The translations under genes and the position numbers were made by a program. A DNA stretch of 64,000 nt from Candidatus Binatia bacterium (GTDB lineage: Bacteria; Desulfobacterota; Binatia; UBA12015), in assembly GCA_035651755.1 (NCBI GenBank), contig DASRFA010000050.1:40374-104373 (forward strand), written 5' to 3'. The notes beneath the pieces were generated by a model. The model made no database searches, was not told the DNA's origin, and saw nothing but the letters and a program-made list of their open reading frames with translations. Positions within the stretch are counted from its first letter, which is position 1, and the number at the start of each line of letters is the position of its first letter. Below are positions 9,258-17,397 of the stretch, in pieces.

Positions 9258-10028
9258 ATGGCCGGGCGCCTCGCGGGCAAGGTCGCGATCGTCACGGGCG
9301 CGAGCCGGGGCATCGGCCGCGCGATCGCGGAGCGCTTCGCGCGCGAGGGCGCGGCCGTCGTGCTGGTGGCGCGCACGGCGGAGCGGCTCGACGAGGTCGC
9401 GGCCGGCATCGCGCGCGACGGCGGCTCGGCCGCGGTGCTCGCGGGCGACGCCACGACCGAGGCCGTGAACGCGCGCATGGTCGAGCTCGCGGAGCGGCGC
9501 TTCGGCCGCGTGACGACCCTGGTCGCGAACATGGGCGCCGACTTGACGGCGACGGTCGCGGACACGACGCCGGCCGACTGGAACGCGTGCCTCGCGAGCG
9601 ACCTGAGCCATCTCCACCTCGGCGCGCGCGCCGCGCTGCCGTCGATGATCGCGGCCGGGGGCGGCGCGATCGTCGCGATCGCCTCGACGGCCGCGCTCCG
9701 GGGCATCCCGAATCACGCGGCTTACTGTGCCGCGAAGGCCGGGCTCGCGAGCCTCACGCGATCGATCGCAGTCGACTACGGGCGCCGCGGCGTGCGCGCG
9801 AACTGCATCTGCCCGGGCGCGATCGAGACCGAGATGCTGGCCGCGTGGCTTCGCAGCTTCGGCGACGCCGAGGCCGACGTGCGCGCCCGGCTTCTCGCGC
9901 GCTCGCCGCTCGATCGCATGGGGCGCGCCGACGAGATCGCGAGCGTCGCCTGCTTCCTCGCCTCGGACGAGGCGTCCTACGTGACCGGCGTGGTCATCCC
10001 GGTCGACGGGGGCACGAGCGCGGCTTGA
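9258..10028 (+). CDS. Short-chain dehydrogenase/reductase (SDR) family oxidoreductase.
   Basis: MAGRLAGKVAIVTGASRGIGRAIA (TGxxxGxG), NMG, and the catalytic YCAAK motif. Internal ATG of ORF 9162..10028. Confidence 0.9.
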   Translation: MAGRLAGKVAIVTGASRGIGRAIAERFAREGAAVVLVARTAERLDEVAAGIARDGGSAAVLAGDATTEAVNARMVELAERRFGRVTTLVANMGADLTATVADTTPADWNACLASDLSHLHLGARAALPSMIAAGGGAIVAIASTAALRGIPNHAAYCAAKAGLASLTRSIAVDYGRRGVRANCICPGAIETEMLAAWLRSFGDAEADVRARLLARSPLDRMGRADEIASVACFLASDEASYVTGVVIPVDGGTSAA

Positions 10029-10051
10029 GACCCCGGCCGCGCGCGTCGCCG

Positions 10052-11206
10052 TCACGGTCGCGGCAGGTGCGAAGCGTCGATCACGGCCTGCCAGATGTCG
10101 GAGCCGATGAAGATCCCGGAGACCCACGGCGGGTCGAGCACGACGTCGCTCGAGTACCAGGCGGTCGCGAAGCGGTGGTCGTCGATGGCGGCGACGCCGG
10201 CATACGAGGTGTCGCCCGCGCTCGGGACCTCGCCGTGCTCGAAGATGCCGATCGGCCCGCCGTCGAGCTCGCCCGTGATCTCGTAGAGCGCGGTGCGCTT
10301 GCGATTGTCGAGCCCGAGGTGCTTGCGCGCGATCACGAAGAGCCGCCCGCGCCACCAGAACGCGACCGGCCCGTCGAGCCGGACGCCCTCGAGCTCCTGC
10401 GGGCAGTCCCAGGCGTCGTACGGCGGCGTCGCCCAGCAGACCTTCGTCCGGAGCCGGCGGTTGCCGCTCAGCTCGGGGTCGGTGCCGTCCATGCGGACGA
10501 GGCCCAGCATCCGGCCCGATGGCACGACGACGAGCTCCGTCTCGAGCGGCGTGTCCTCCGACACGCCGTAGATCTCCGCGCCGCGCTCCCAGTGGAGCCC
10601 GTCCTGCGAGCGGAAGAGCACGACGCGCAGGTCGCCGTCCTCGTACGCCGCCGAGTAGAGCGTTCCGCCGGTCTCGGTCACGCGCCAGAACCCGAAGCGC
10701 ACCGGGCCGATGTCCGTCGGCATCGACCACGCGCGCCCGTCGTCCGAGTGCGTTTCGATCGAGATCGAGTCGACCGCCGTGTCGCGGAGGCCGATCCCGG
10801 GCAGGCGCGTGATCGCCTTGATGAAGAGCCGTCCGTCGCGCTGGTAGAACGACGGGTCTCGGATGTCGCGCCCGTTCACCGCGGGAATGATCGACTGCAG
10901 CTCGAACGACCGCCCGTCCTCGGAGCGGTACACGCGCAGCGAGCTGTTCGGCCCGAGCACCTGGCTGAGCGCGGTGCGGTGGACGAGCCAGATCGCGCCG
11001 TCGAAGCGCGTCATGTCGCAGTTCTCGTTGTGGCGGCAGACGCCGGTCCGGCAATCGTCGTTCGCGACGCCGACGCCGGGAACGAGGATCGCGGCGTTCT
11101 CGAGGAACGCGCCGTCGGGCGCCGGCGCGTCGGAGCAGCCGACGAGCGCGGCGAGCGCGCCTGCGGCAACGGCCGCGCAGAGACGGTCGCGGCGAAGCTC
11201 TCTCAT
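10052..11206 (-). CDS. Lipoprotein, β-propeller (BNR/sialidase-like) fold, hypothetical.
   Basis: MRELRRDRLCAAVAAGALAALVGCSD has a lipobox, and the rest of the sequence is rich in W/D/G β-strand character. Internal ATG of ORF 10052..11248. Confidence 0.7.
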   Translation of the reverse strand: MRELRRDRLCAAVAAGALAALVGCSDAPAPDGAFLENAAILVPGVGVANDDCRTGVCRHNENCDMTRFDGAIWLVHRTALSQVLGPNSSLRVYRSEDGRSFELQSIIPAVNGRDIRDPSFYQRDGRLFIKAITRLPGIGLRDTAVDSISIETHSDDGRAWSMPTDIGPVRFGFWRVTETGGTLYSAAYEDGDLRVVLFRSQDGLHWERGAEIYGVSEDTPLETELVVVPSGRMLGLVRMDGTDPELSGNRRLRTKVCWATPPYDAWDCPQELEGVRLDGPVAFWWRGRLFVIARKHLGLDNRKRTALYEITGELDGGPIGIFEHGEVPSAGDTSYAGVAAIDDHRFATAWYSSDVVLDPPWVSGIFIGSDIWQAVIDASHLPRP

Positions 11207-11240
11207 GGGGCAACCTCGTGTGGGCCGGCCTTGTCGGCTG

Positions 11241-12644
11241 TCAAGCAACTGCGGGCGGGATCGCGACCCGGTGGTCGGGGTGGGCGCGCTCGAGCGCGAA
11301 CGCGATCCGGAGCGCGCGCCCGTCCTCGCCCGTCGGCGCGATCACCTGGATCGCGAGCGGGAGCCCTTCGCTCGATCCGGCGGGAAGCGAGACGGCGGGG
11401 AAACCGACCAGGTTCGCGGCGCCCGTGTACGGAACGGCGCGCGGGGTGAGCGCGAGCTCTTCCTGGTCGATGCGCGGCGCCTTGAATGGAGAGACCGGCG
11501 ACACGATCGCGTCGACCTCGCAGAACGCCTCGGCGTAGCCGCGCGCGATCCGCTGGCGATCGCGCTGCATGTCGATCCAGAGCCCGGGGTCCGGCTCGAG
11601 CGAGCGCGAGCGGATCATCTCCACCTGCGGGCTGAAGCGCTTCGGGCGGTCGCCGATCAGGCGGTCGGTGAGCGTGCCGCCCTCGATGCCGAACACGCCC
11701 ATCACGCCGCGCAGCACGAGCGACTGGCTCGGCAGCGCGATCTGCACGATGCGCGCGCCGAGGTCGGCGAGGCGGCGCACCGTGGCCTCGTAGGCGGCGC
11801 GCACGTCGGGGTCGGGCTCGGGCACGAGGAGGTCGTCGCTGACGCCGATCCGGAGCCCTTCGACGCCGCGCTCGAGCTCGCCGAGGAGATCGGGCACGGG
11901 GTGGGGAAGCGAGTACAGGTACGCGGGGTCGAAGCCCGCGAGGAGCTGCGAGGCGAGCGCAGCGTCGCGGACGCTCCGCACCAGAGGTCCCGGCACGGAG
12001 AACGACGTGCCCTCGCCGCCGAACTGGCCGCGGATGCTCAGGAGCCCGAGCGTCGGCTTGTGCCCGACGACGCCGCAGAACGCGGCCGGGAAGCGGATCG
12101 ACCCGCCGCCGTCCGTTCCGACGTGGAGCGGGCCCATGAGCGCCGCCGCGGCGGCGCTCGCGCCGCCGCTCGACCCGCCCGGGACGTGGTCGCGGTTCCA
12201 CGGGTTCCGCGTCGCGCCGAAGAAGAAGTTGTTCGTCGTCAGGCCGAGGCCGAGCTCGTGAGTCGCCGTCTTGCCGGTCACGATCGCGCCGAGAGCCTTC
12301 AGGCGCTCGGGCATGCCGCCGTCGCTCGCGGGGACATGGTCGGCGAACATGCCGCTCCCGTACGTCGTCCGGAGGCCGGCGGTGTCGATCAGGTCCTTGA
12401 CGCTCGCGGGGATGCCGTGGAGCGGTCCGAGGTAGCGACCGTGCGCGATCTCGTCGGCGGCGCGGCGCGCGGCCTGCATGACCTGATCGCGCGGGACGAG
12501 GGTCGTGAAGGCGTTGAGCTCCGGGTTCAGGCGCTCGATCTGGTCGTAGACCGCGCTCGCGAGGTCGACCGGGGAGAGGTCGCCGCGCCGCACTCGATCG
12601 GCGGCCTCGGCGAGCGAAAGGCGAAGCAGCTCGACGTTCGGCAT
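11241..12644 (-). CDS. Amidase (amidase-signature family).
   Basis: MPNVELLRLSLAEAADRV...GGSSGGASAAAAALMGPLHVGTDGGGSIRFPAAFCG is the AS signature. 467 aa. The upstream 1000 aa of ORF 11241..15674 is R-rich antisense to the next gene and was rejected. Confidence 0.9.
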   Translation of the reverse strand: MPNVELLRLSLAEAADRVRRGDLSPVDLASAVYDQIERLNPELNAFTTLVPRDQVMQAARRAADEIAHGRYLGPLHGIPASVKDLIDTAGLRTTYGSGMFADHVPASDGGMPERLKALGAIVTGKTATHELGLGLTTNNFFFGATRNPWNRDHVPGGSSGGASAAAAALMGPLHVGTDGGGSIRFPAAFCGVVGHKPTLGLLSIRGQFGGEGTSFSVPGPLVRSVRDAALASQLLAGFDPAYLYSLPHPVPDLLGELERGVEGLRIGVSDDLLVPEPDPDVRAAYEATVRRLADLGARIVQIALPSQSLVLRGVMGVFGIEGGTLTDRLIGDRPKRFSPQVEMIRSRSLEPDPGLWIDMQRDRQRIARGYAEAFCEVDAIVSPVSPFKAPRIDQEELALTPRAVPYTGAANLVGFPAVSLPAGSSEGLPLAIQVIAPTGEDGRALRIAFALERAHPDHRVAIPPAVA

Positions 12645-12675
12645 GCGCGCCCGTTCTAGTACGGGCGCGCATGCC
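12640..12675. promoter_or_regulatory. Perfect inverted repeat GGCATGCGCGCCCG-N8-CGGGCGCGCATGCC that overlaps the amidase start codon.
   Basis: The 14-bp arms, extendable to about 16, are read from the sequence. They lie in the 53-bp gap between the stop of the upstream gene at 12698 and the amidase ATG at 12642-12644, which sits inside one arm. Confidence 0.6.
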
Positions 12676-12697
12676 GAGACCAGACGTCCCGATGCGC

Positions 12698-15600
12698 CTA
12701 CTTGTCCTTCCCCGACTTGCCGTGCTTGTCGGAAGCGTTCGCCTCGACGGCCACCTCGCGCAGCGCGGTCGGGAGGCAGAGGCGGTGCGAGAAGAAGAGG
12801 AACGGCTTGATCGTCCCGAAGCGCTCGTCGAGCGTGAGCGAGACCGGCCGCAGCGGCGTCGGTGCGCCCGAGCGCCACTCGTCGTAGGTCGCGTAGCAGA
12901 CGAGGTGGGCGAGCGGCTGCTCGACCGGCCCGCCGTCGACCGACGTCGGGTTGCACAGCATCGTCGGCCGGCCGACGCTGACGCGCGCCTTGCCGAAGCG
13001 GTCGCGGAGCTCGACGGACCGGCGCGCCGGGTCGGGGTCGCCGTATGGGACGTGAGCGGCATAGCAGGTGTAGTCGTCGAGCAGCGTCGACGGCTGGCCG
13101 CCATGCTCGTTGACGCGAAGGCAAAGCTCGCGCGCGCTGCCGACCGACAGCTGCTGCACGCCGAGCGCGTTCTTCACCACGGCGCGCCGCTTCGGGTCGG
13201 GCGCGGTCGACGAGCTCGTGCGCGCCGGATCGACGTCGTGGCAGGCCATGAGCTCGGGCAGCGCGTCGTCGTCGGTGGTGAGGAGCGACGTGTTGGCGGT
13301 CGCGCACACCTCGGTCGGACGCATCAGCCAGTAGCTCGCGGACGCGAACTCGTCCGAGAGCGCGACCTGGCGCGCGCGCCAGCGAAGCGCGTCGAGCCAG
13401 CTCAGCTCGGAGTGGTAGCAGCGCGACGGGTCGAGGCAGGCGCTCGGCTCGACGTCGCCGGGCTGGCAAACGCCGGACAGGCAGAGGTCGCCGACGGTGC
13501 ACGCCTCGCCGTCGTCGCAGGCGGTTCCGTCGGGGGCGTCGACCATCGAGCACGACCCAGTCGCCGGCTCGCAGGCGCCGGCCGTGCGGCACGCGTCCTG
13601 GGAGACCGGGCACACGACCGGGTTCGAGCCGACGCAGGCGCCGGCACCGTCGCACGCGTCGGTCCGCGTGCAGCGGTCGCCGTCGTCGCAGGCGGTACCG
13701 GCCGGTGCGTTCGCCGAGGAGCACGTGCCGGTCGCGGGATCGCACGCGCCCGCGCTGCGGCACGCCTCGTCCGACTCGGGGCACACGACCGGGTTCGAGC
13801 CGACGCAGGCGCCCGCGCCGTCGCAGACATCGGTCTGGGTGCAGAGGTCGCCGTCGTCGCAAGGCGTTCCCGCCGGAGCGTCGACGGTGGGGCAAGTGCC
13901 GGTCGCCGGATCGCACGCGCCCCCGGCGCGGCACGCATCGTCGCCGTCGGGACAGACGACCGGGTTCGAGCCGACGCAGGCGCCGGCGCCGTCGCAGGCG
14001 TCGGTCCGGGTGCACAGGTCGCCGTCGTCGCATGCGGTTCCGGCGGGAGCGTCCACCACGGGGCAGGTGCCGGTCGCGGGATCGCACGCGCCGGCGGTGC
14101 GGCACGCGTCGTCCGACTCGGGGCACACGATCGGGTTCGCGCCGACGCAGCTGCCGCTGCCGTCGCACGCGTCGCTCTGCGTGCAGAGGTCGTCGTCGGA
14201 GCACGCGCTGCCTGCGGTCTCGAAGCCGCACTCGGCGTCGCAGCAGTCGCCGTCGTCGAGGTTGGAATCGTCGCACGACTCGTGGACGTTCAGCACGCCG
14301 TTGCCGCAGTCGTTCGTGTTGACGAACACGTCCTGTGCGGCGTTCCCGTCTCCGGCGACGAGGTTCGACGCCGAGCTGGCGAACGCGACCGCACGTCCGT
14401 CGGCGGTGAGGGTCGCCCACAAGGTCGCTCCGCCGTCGCCCTCGTCCCCGGCGGACGAGACGCTCGCGCGCCGCGTGCTGCCGTGCCGGCGATCGCGCAC
14501 GAACACGTCGTTCACGAAGTTGACGTCGGAAGCGGCGAGATTGGTCGACGCGGACGTGAACGCCACGAACCGGCCGTCGGCGGAGAGCGACGGCGGGTCG
14601 GTGAAGCCGCTCTGGCCGTTCCCCTCGCTGCCGTCGCTCGCGACGCTCGCGCGCTCGGTGACGCCGGTCTGCAGGTCGCGGACGAAGACGTCCGTCCGGC
14701 CGTTGCCGTCGCCGGCGACGAGGTTGTTGGCGTCGCTCACGAACGCAGCGAAGCGACCGTCGGCCGACAGCGTGCCGGCGAGGCTCTGCTGGTTCCCCTG
14801 CGAGCCGTCGGACGCGACGCTCGCGCGCACGGTCACGCCGCTCGCGCGGTCGCGGACGAACACGTCGGCGACGGCGTTCGTGTCGCCGGCGACGAGGTTC
14901 GACGCGAAGCTGTGGAACACGACGCGGCTGCCGTCGCCCGACAGGCGTGGAGTGACGCTCGAGCCGTTGCTTTCGGCGCCGGAGCTCGAGACGCTCACGC
15001 GCTCGATCGCGCCGGTCGTGAGGTCGCGCACGAAGACGTCGAAGGTCGCATTGGTGTCGCCCGGCACGAGATTCGACGAGAGGCTCGCGAAGGCGACGAA
15101 GCGGCCGTCGCCGGAGAGCGCGGGCTGGAAGCTGTCGCCCGTTCCGTCGCCGCCGGTCATCGACGTGCTGGCGCGGACGGTCGTGCCCGTGACGAGGTCG
15201 CGGACGAAGACGTCGAAGAAGTTCGACGACTTGCCCGGGACGAGGTTCCGGGCTCGGCTCGCGAACGCGACCAGGCGCCCGTCGGCGGACACCGAAGGCG
15301 TCATGCTGGTGCCGTTCGCGGGCAGCCCTCCGGGCGCGACGCTCGCGAGGATCGTGGAGCCGGTGCTGCGATCGCGCACGAAGACGTCGGAGACGGCATT
15401 CGTGTCGCCCGCAACCAGGTTCGAGGCGACGCTGGCGTAGGCCACGATCCGCCCGTCGCTCGAGATCGACGACGCCGTGCTGAACGAGTTCGCCTCCGTG
15501 CCGCTGGACGCGATGCTCACGCGCTCCGTCGCCGCGTCGGCGGCCGGCACGGCGAAGACGGTCACCTCGGCCGCCAGGAGAGCGACGGCGAGCGCCAGGA

Positions 15601-15718
15601 CTGCGCCGAGTGCGCGGGCGCTCGCGGGGGCGAGGGAACCAGCGACCGCGGTGGCGCTGCGGCCGAGCGGGCAATGCGACTTTGCGGTCGACGGTTTCAC
15701 GCCGGGCACCCGGAGCAA
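12698..15718 (-). CDS. Giant secreted protein with N-terminal PD40/TolB-like β-propeller repeats, about five 'Myxococcus cysteine-rich' disulfide repeats and a C-terminal Cys-containing domain.
   Basis: About eight repeats of ...SSDGRFVAFASxASNLVAGDTNAVxDVFVRD..., then repeated CDDGDLCTxTDACDGAGACVGSNPVVCPxxDxACRxAGACDPATGTCP units, and a hydrophobic N-terminal segment. 1006 aa. The exact start is uncertain. Confidence 0.85.
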   Translation of the reverse strand: MLRVPGVKPSTAKSHCPLGRSATAVAGSLAPASARALGAVLALAVALLAAEVTVFAVPAADAATERVSIASSGTEANSFSTASSISSDGRIVAYASVASNLVAGDTNAVSDVFVRDRSTGSTILASVAPGGLPANGTSMTPSVSADGRLVAFASRARNLVPGKSSNFFDVFVRDLVTGTTVRASTSMTGGDGTGDSFQPALSGDGRFVAFASLSSNLVPGDTNATFDVFVRDLTTGAIERVSVSSSGAESNGSSVTPRLSGDGSRVVFHSFASNLVAGDTNAVADVFVRDRASGVTVRASVASDGSQGNQQSLAGTLSADGRFAAFVSDANNLVAGDGNGRTDVFVRDLQTGVTERASVASDGSEGNGQSGFTDPPSLSADGRFVAFTSASTNLAASDVNFVNDVFVRDRRHGSTRRASVSSAGDEGDGGATLWATLTADGRAVAFASSASNLVAGDGNAAQDVFVNTNDCGNGVLNVHESCDDSNLDDGDCCDAECGFETAGSACSDDDLCTQSDACDGSGSCVGANPIVCPESDDACRTAGACDPATGTCPVVDAPAGTACDDGDLCTRTDACDGAGACVGSNPVVCPDGDDACRAGGACDPATGTCPTVDAPAGTPCDDGDLCTQTDVCDGAGACVGSNPVVCPESDEACRSAGACDPATGTCSSANAPAGTACDDGDRCTRTDACDGAGACVGSNPVVCPVSQDACRTAGACEPATGSCSMVDAPDGTACDDGEACTVGDLCLSGVCQPGDVEPSACLDPSRCYHSELSWLDALRWRARQVALSDEFASASYWLMRPTEVCATANTSLLTTDDDALPELMACHDVDPARTSSSTAPDPKRRAVVKNALGVQQLSVGSARELCLRVNEHGGQPSTLLDDYTCYAAHVPYGDPDPARRSVELRDRFGKARVSVGRPTMLCNPTSVDGGPVEQPLAHLVCYATYDEWRSGAPTPLRPVSLTLDERFGTIKPFLFFSHRLCLPTALREVAVEANASDKHGKSGKDK
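13500..14200. repeat. Tandem DNA repeats of about 120 bp that encode the cysteine-rich repeat units of the 12698..15718 protein.
   Basis: Periodicity is visible in both the sense translation (five near-identical ~40-aa units) and the antisense ORF (SHAPA(L/V)RHASSDSGHTTGFEPTQAPAPSxxSV repeated). Confidence 0.6.
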
Positions 15719-15987
15719 AGGCGGGACCGCTCGGCGCTGCGCCGACGCCTACGGCTCGGCGCCGGAGGTCGCCCGCTCGCCTGCGCGGTGGCGACGCGAC
15801 GCGCCGACGGACCGGGCCGCGAACGCGGCGTGTCGCGGAAATCTCCTCGGATTTCCGGCGAACGAGCGCTCGCAGCGCGTTGCGGCATCGACGCTCCGGC
15901 GTCGCATTCTCGACGGTGCGGCACGGGGTCGTCGTCGCCGCCGCGCCGGCGTGCTACCCCTCAGGTGCCATCCGAGCGCAGAGTGCC

Positions 15988-16866
15988 GTGAGCGATCCGG
16001 AAGCGAGCGCCCCATCCCGTGCGCCGGGACCGCGAGCCTTGCGCGCCACCGCAGGCCCGGTGACGCTCGTCCTCACCGCGATCGGCGGCCCCTCGGCGAT
16101 CCGCGGCAAGCTCCTCCGGCTCGCGCGGACGCTGCGACTCTGGACGGACGCGGCCGAGATCGACCGCCGGCTCCGGACGCTGGAGCGGAAGGGCTACGTC
16201 TCGCGCCGGCCCACGCGTTGGCAAATTCTGTTCGGCGGCGTCGACATGCTGCGGTTCGTGATCGAGCCGGCGGCGCGCGACTACTACCGCCAGAAGGGCA
16301 TCTCGTTCGGCTTTCACCAGCTGCTGCGCGTCCTCGACGACCCGGTCTCGATGGTCGATCCGACCGGCTTCCTCTCCGATCGCGACACGATCGTCGGCCA
16401 CGTCATGCAGGTCGTTCACCTGAACCCGGTCTACGACCTGCAGCTCATCCAGATGTTCGAGGACGGCCTCGAGGACTTCGAGCGCCAGGTTGCGGCGATG
16501 GTCGACGGGACGCACCCGCGCCATCGCACGATCGCCGCGATCGTCGAGGACCCGGGCTACCACGCGCGCCTCCTCGATTACGTGCGCCGCTTCCGAGCCG
16601 ACCCCGGAGCCGCGCCCCCGGTACGCGAGGAGCAGACGCTGCGCTCGGATCCCTCCTTCGCGGCCGCCGAGCGGACGTTCGCATCGCTGCCCGGCTTCAT
16701 CGAGTACTGCAACCGGCTGCCCGCGCGTCCGAGCGAGCTTCTCCTGCGCTGGCGGCGCCTCCGGGAGTTCCCGCTCGAGCTCGAGGTGCGCCCGACCGCC
16801 GACCGCGCGGCGGCGCGCTCCGGGCACGGAGACGGGCTGGGCGAATCGCTGAGTTCGACCGGCTAG
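15988..16866 (+). CDS. Hypothetical protein of ~292 aa with no recognised domain.
   Basis: Only the C-terminal two-thirds of ORF 15610..16866 is protein-like (LRLWTDAAEIDRRLRTLERKGYVSRRPTRWQILFGGVDMLRFVIEPAARDYYRQKGISFGFHQLL...). A GTG at 15988 was chosen as the start and is uncertain. Confidence 0.5.
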   Translation: MSDPEASAPSRAPGPRALRATAGPVTLVLTAIGGPSAIRGKLLRLARTLRLWTDAAEIDRRLRTLERKGYVSRRPTRWQILFGGVDMLRFVIEPAARDYYRQKGISFGFHQLLRVLDDPVSMVDPTGFLSDRDTIVGHVMQVVHLNPVYDLQLIQMFEDGLEDFERQVAAMVDGTHPRHRTIAAIVEDPGYHARLLDYVRRFRADPGAAPPVREEQTLRSDPSFAAAERTFASLPGFIEYCNRLPARPSELLLRWRRLREFPLELEVRPTADRAAARSGHGDGLGESLSSTG

Positions 16867-16884
16867 CCGGAACGCCGGCTTCGC

Positions 16885-17289
16885 TCACGCGGTCGCGCGA
16901 CGGCCCTCCCGGAGCGCCGCGTCGACGCTCCAGACGCCGGAGCCGCGCGACGCGATGTAGAGGAAGACCCAGGCGTACACGACCGCGAGCTCGCCGCGGT
17001 TCTGGATCGGGAGAGGCGTCTCCATGCGGTGGTGGGCGAGGAAGTACGCGAACGCCATGAGGCCGCTCGCGAGAAAGGCGGCCCAGCTCGCCGCGAGCCC
17101 GACCGCGATCAGGATGCCGCCAACGAGCTCGATCGGCCCGGCAATCCAGCGGATGCCGGGCGGGATGTCGGCCATGCCGCCGAAGAAGCCGAGCAGCTTC
17201 TGCGCCCCGTGACAGGCAAAGAGAAACCCCACCACGATCCGCAAGAGAGCGTACGTTTCCTCCGAGTAGCGCCCGAGCACTCGCTCCAT
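16885..17289 (-). CDS. DoxX family membrane protein.
   Basis: 134 aa with four hydrophobic helices: MERVLGRYSEETYALLRIVVGFLFACHGAQKLLGFFGG... Confidence 0.85.
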   Translation of the reverse strand: MERVLGRYSEETYALLRIVVGFLFACHGAQKLLGFFGGMADIPPGIRWIAGPIELVGGILIAVGLAASWAAFLASGLMAFAYFLAHHRMETPLPIQNRGELAVVYAWVFLYIASRGSGVWSVDAALREGRRATA

Positions 17290-17397
17290 CGAGCACCTCC
17301 CGCAGCCGCCCTATCACCCCGCAGGTTTTGCGTCACACCAGGATCGGGCGGGCGGCTGCTAAAGCGACGCAGCATCGCCGGCCGATAACGAAAAAGA

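Noticed and set aside
11241-15674. 1477-aa ORF as a single protein.
   Set aside because: Only the C-terminal 467 aa (the amidase, from MPNVELL) is protein-like. The N-terminal 1000 aa is an R-rich antisense reading of the secreted repeat-protein gene.
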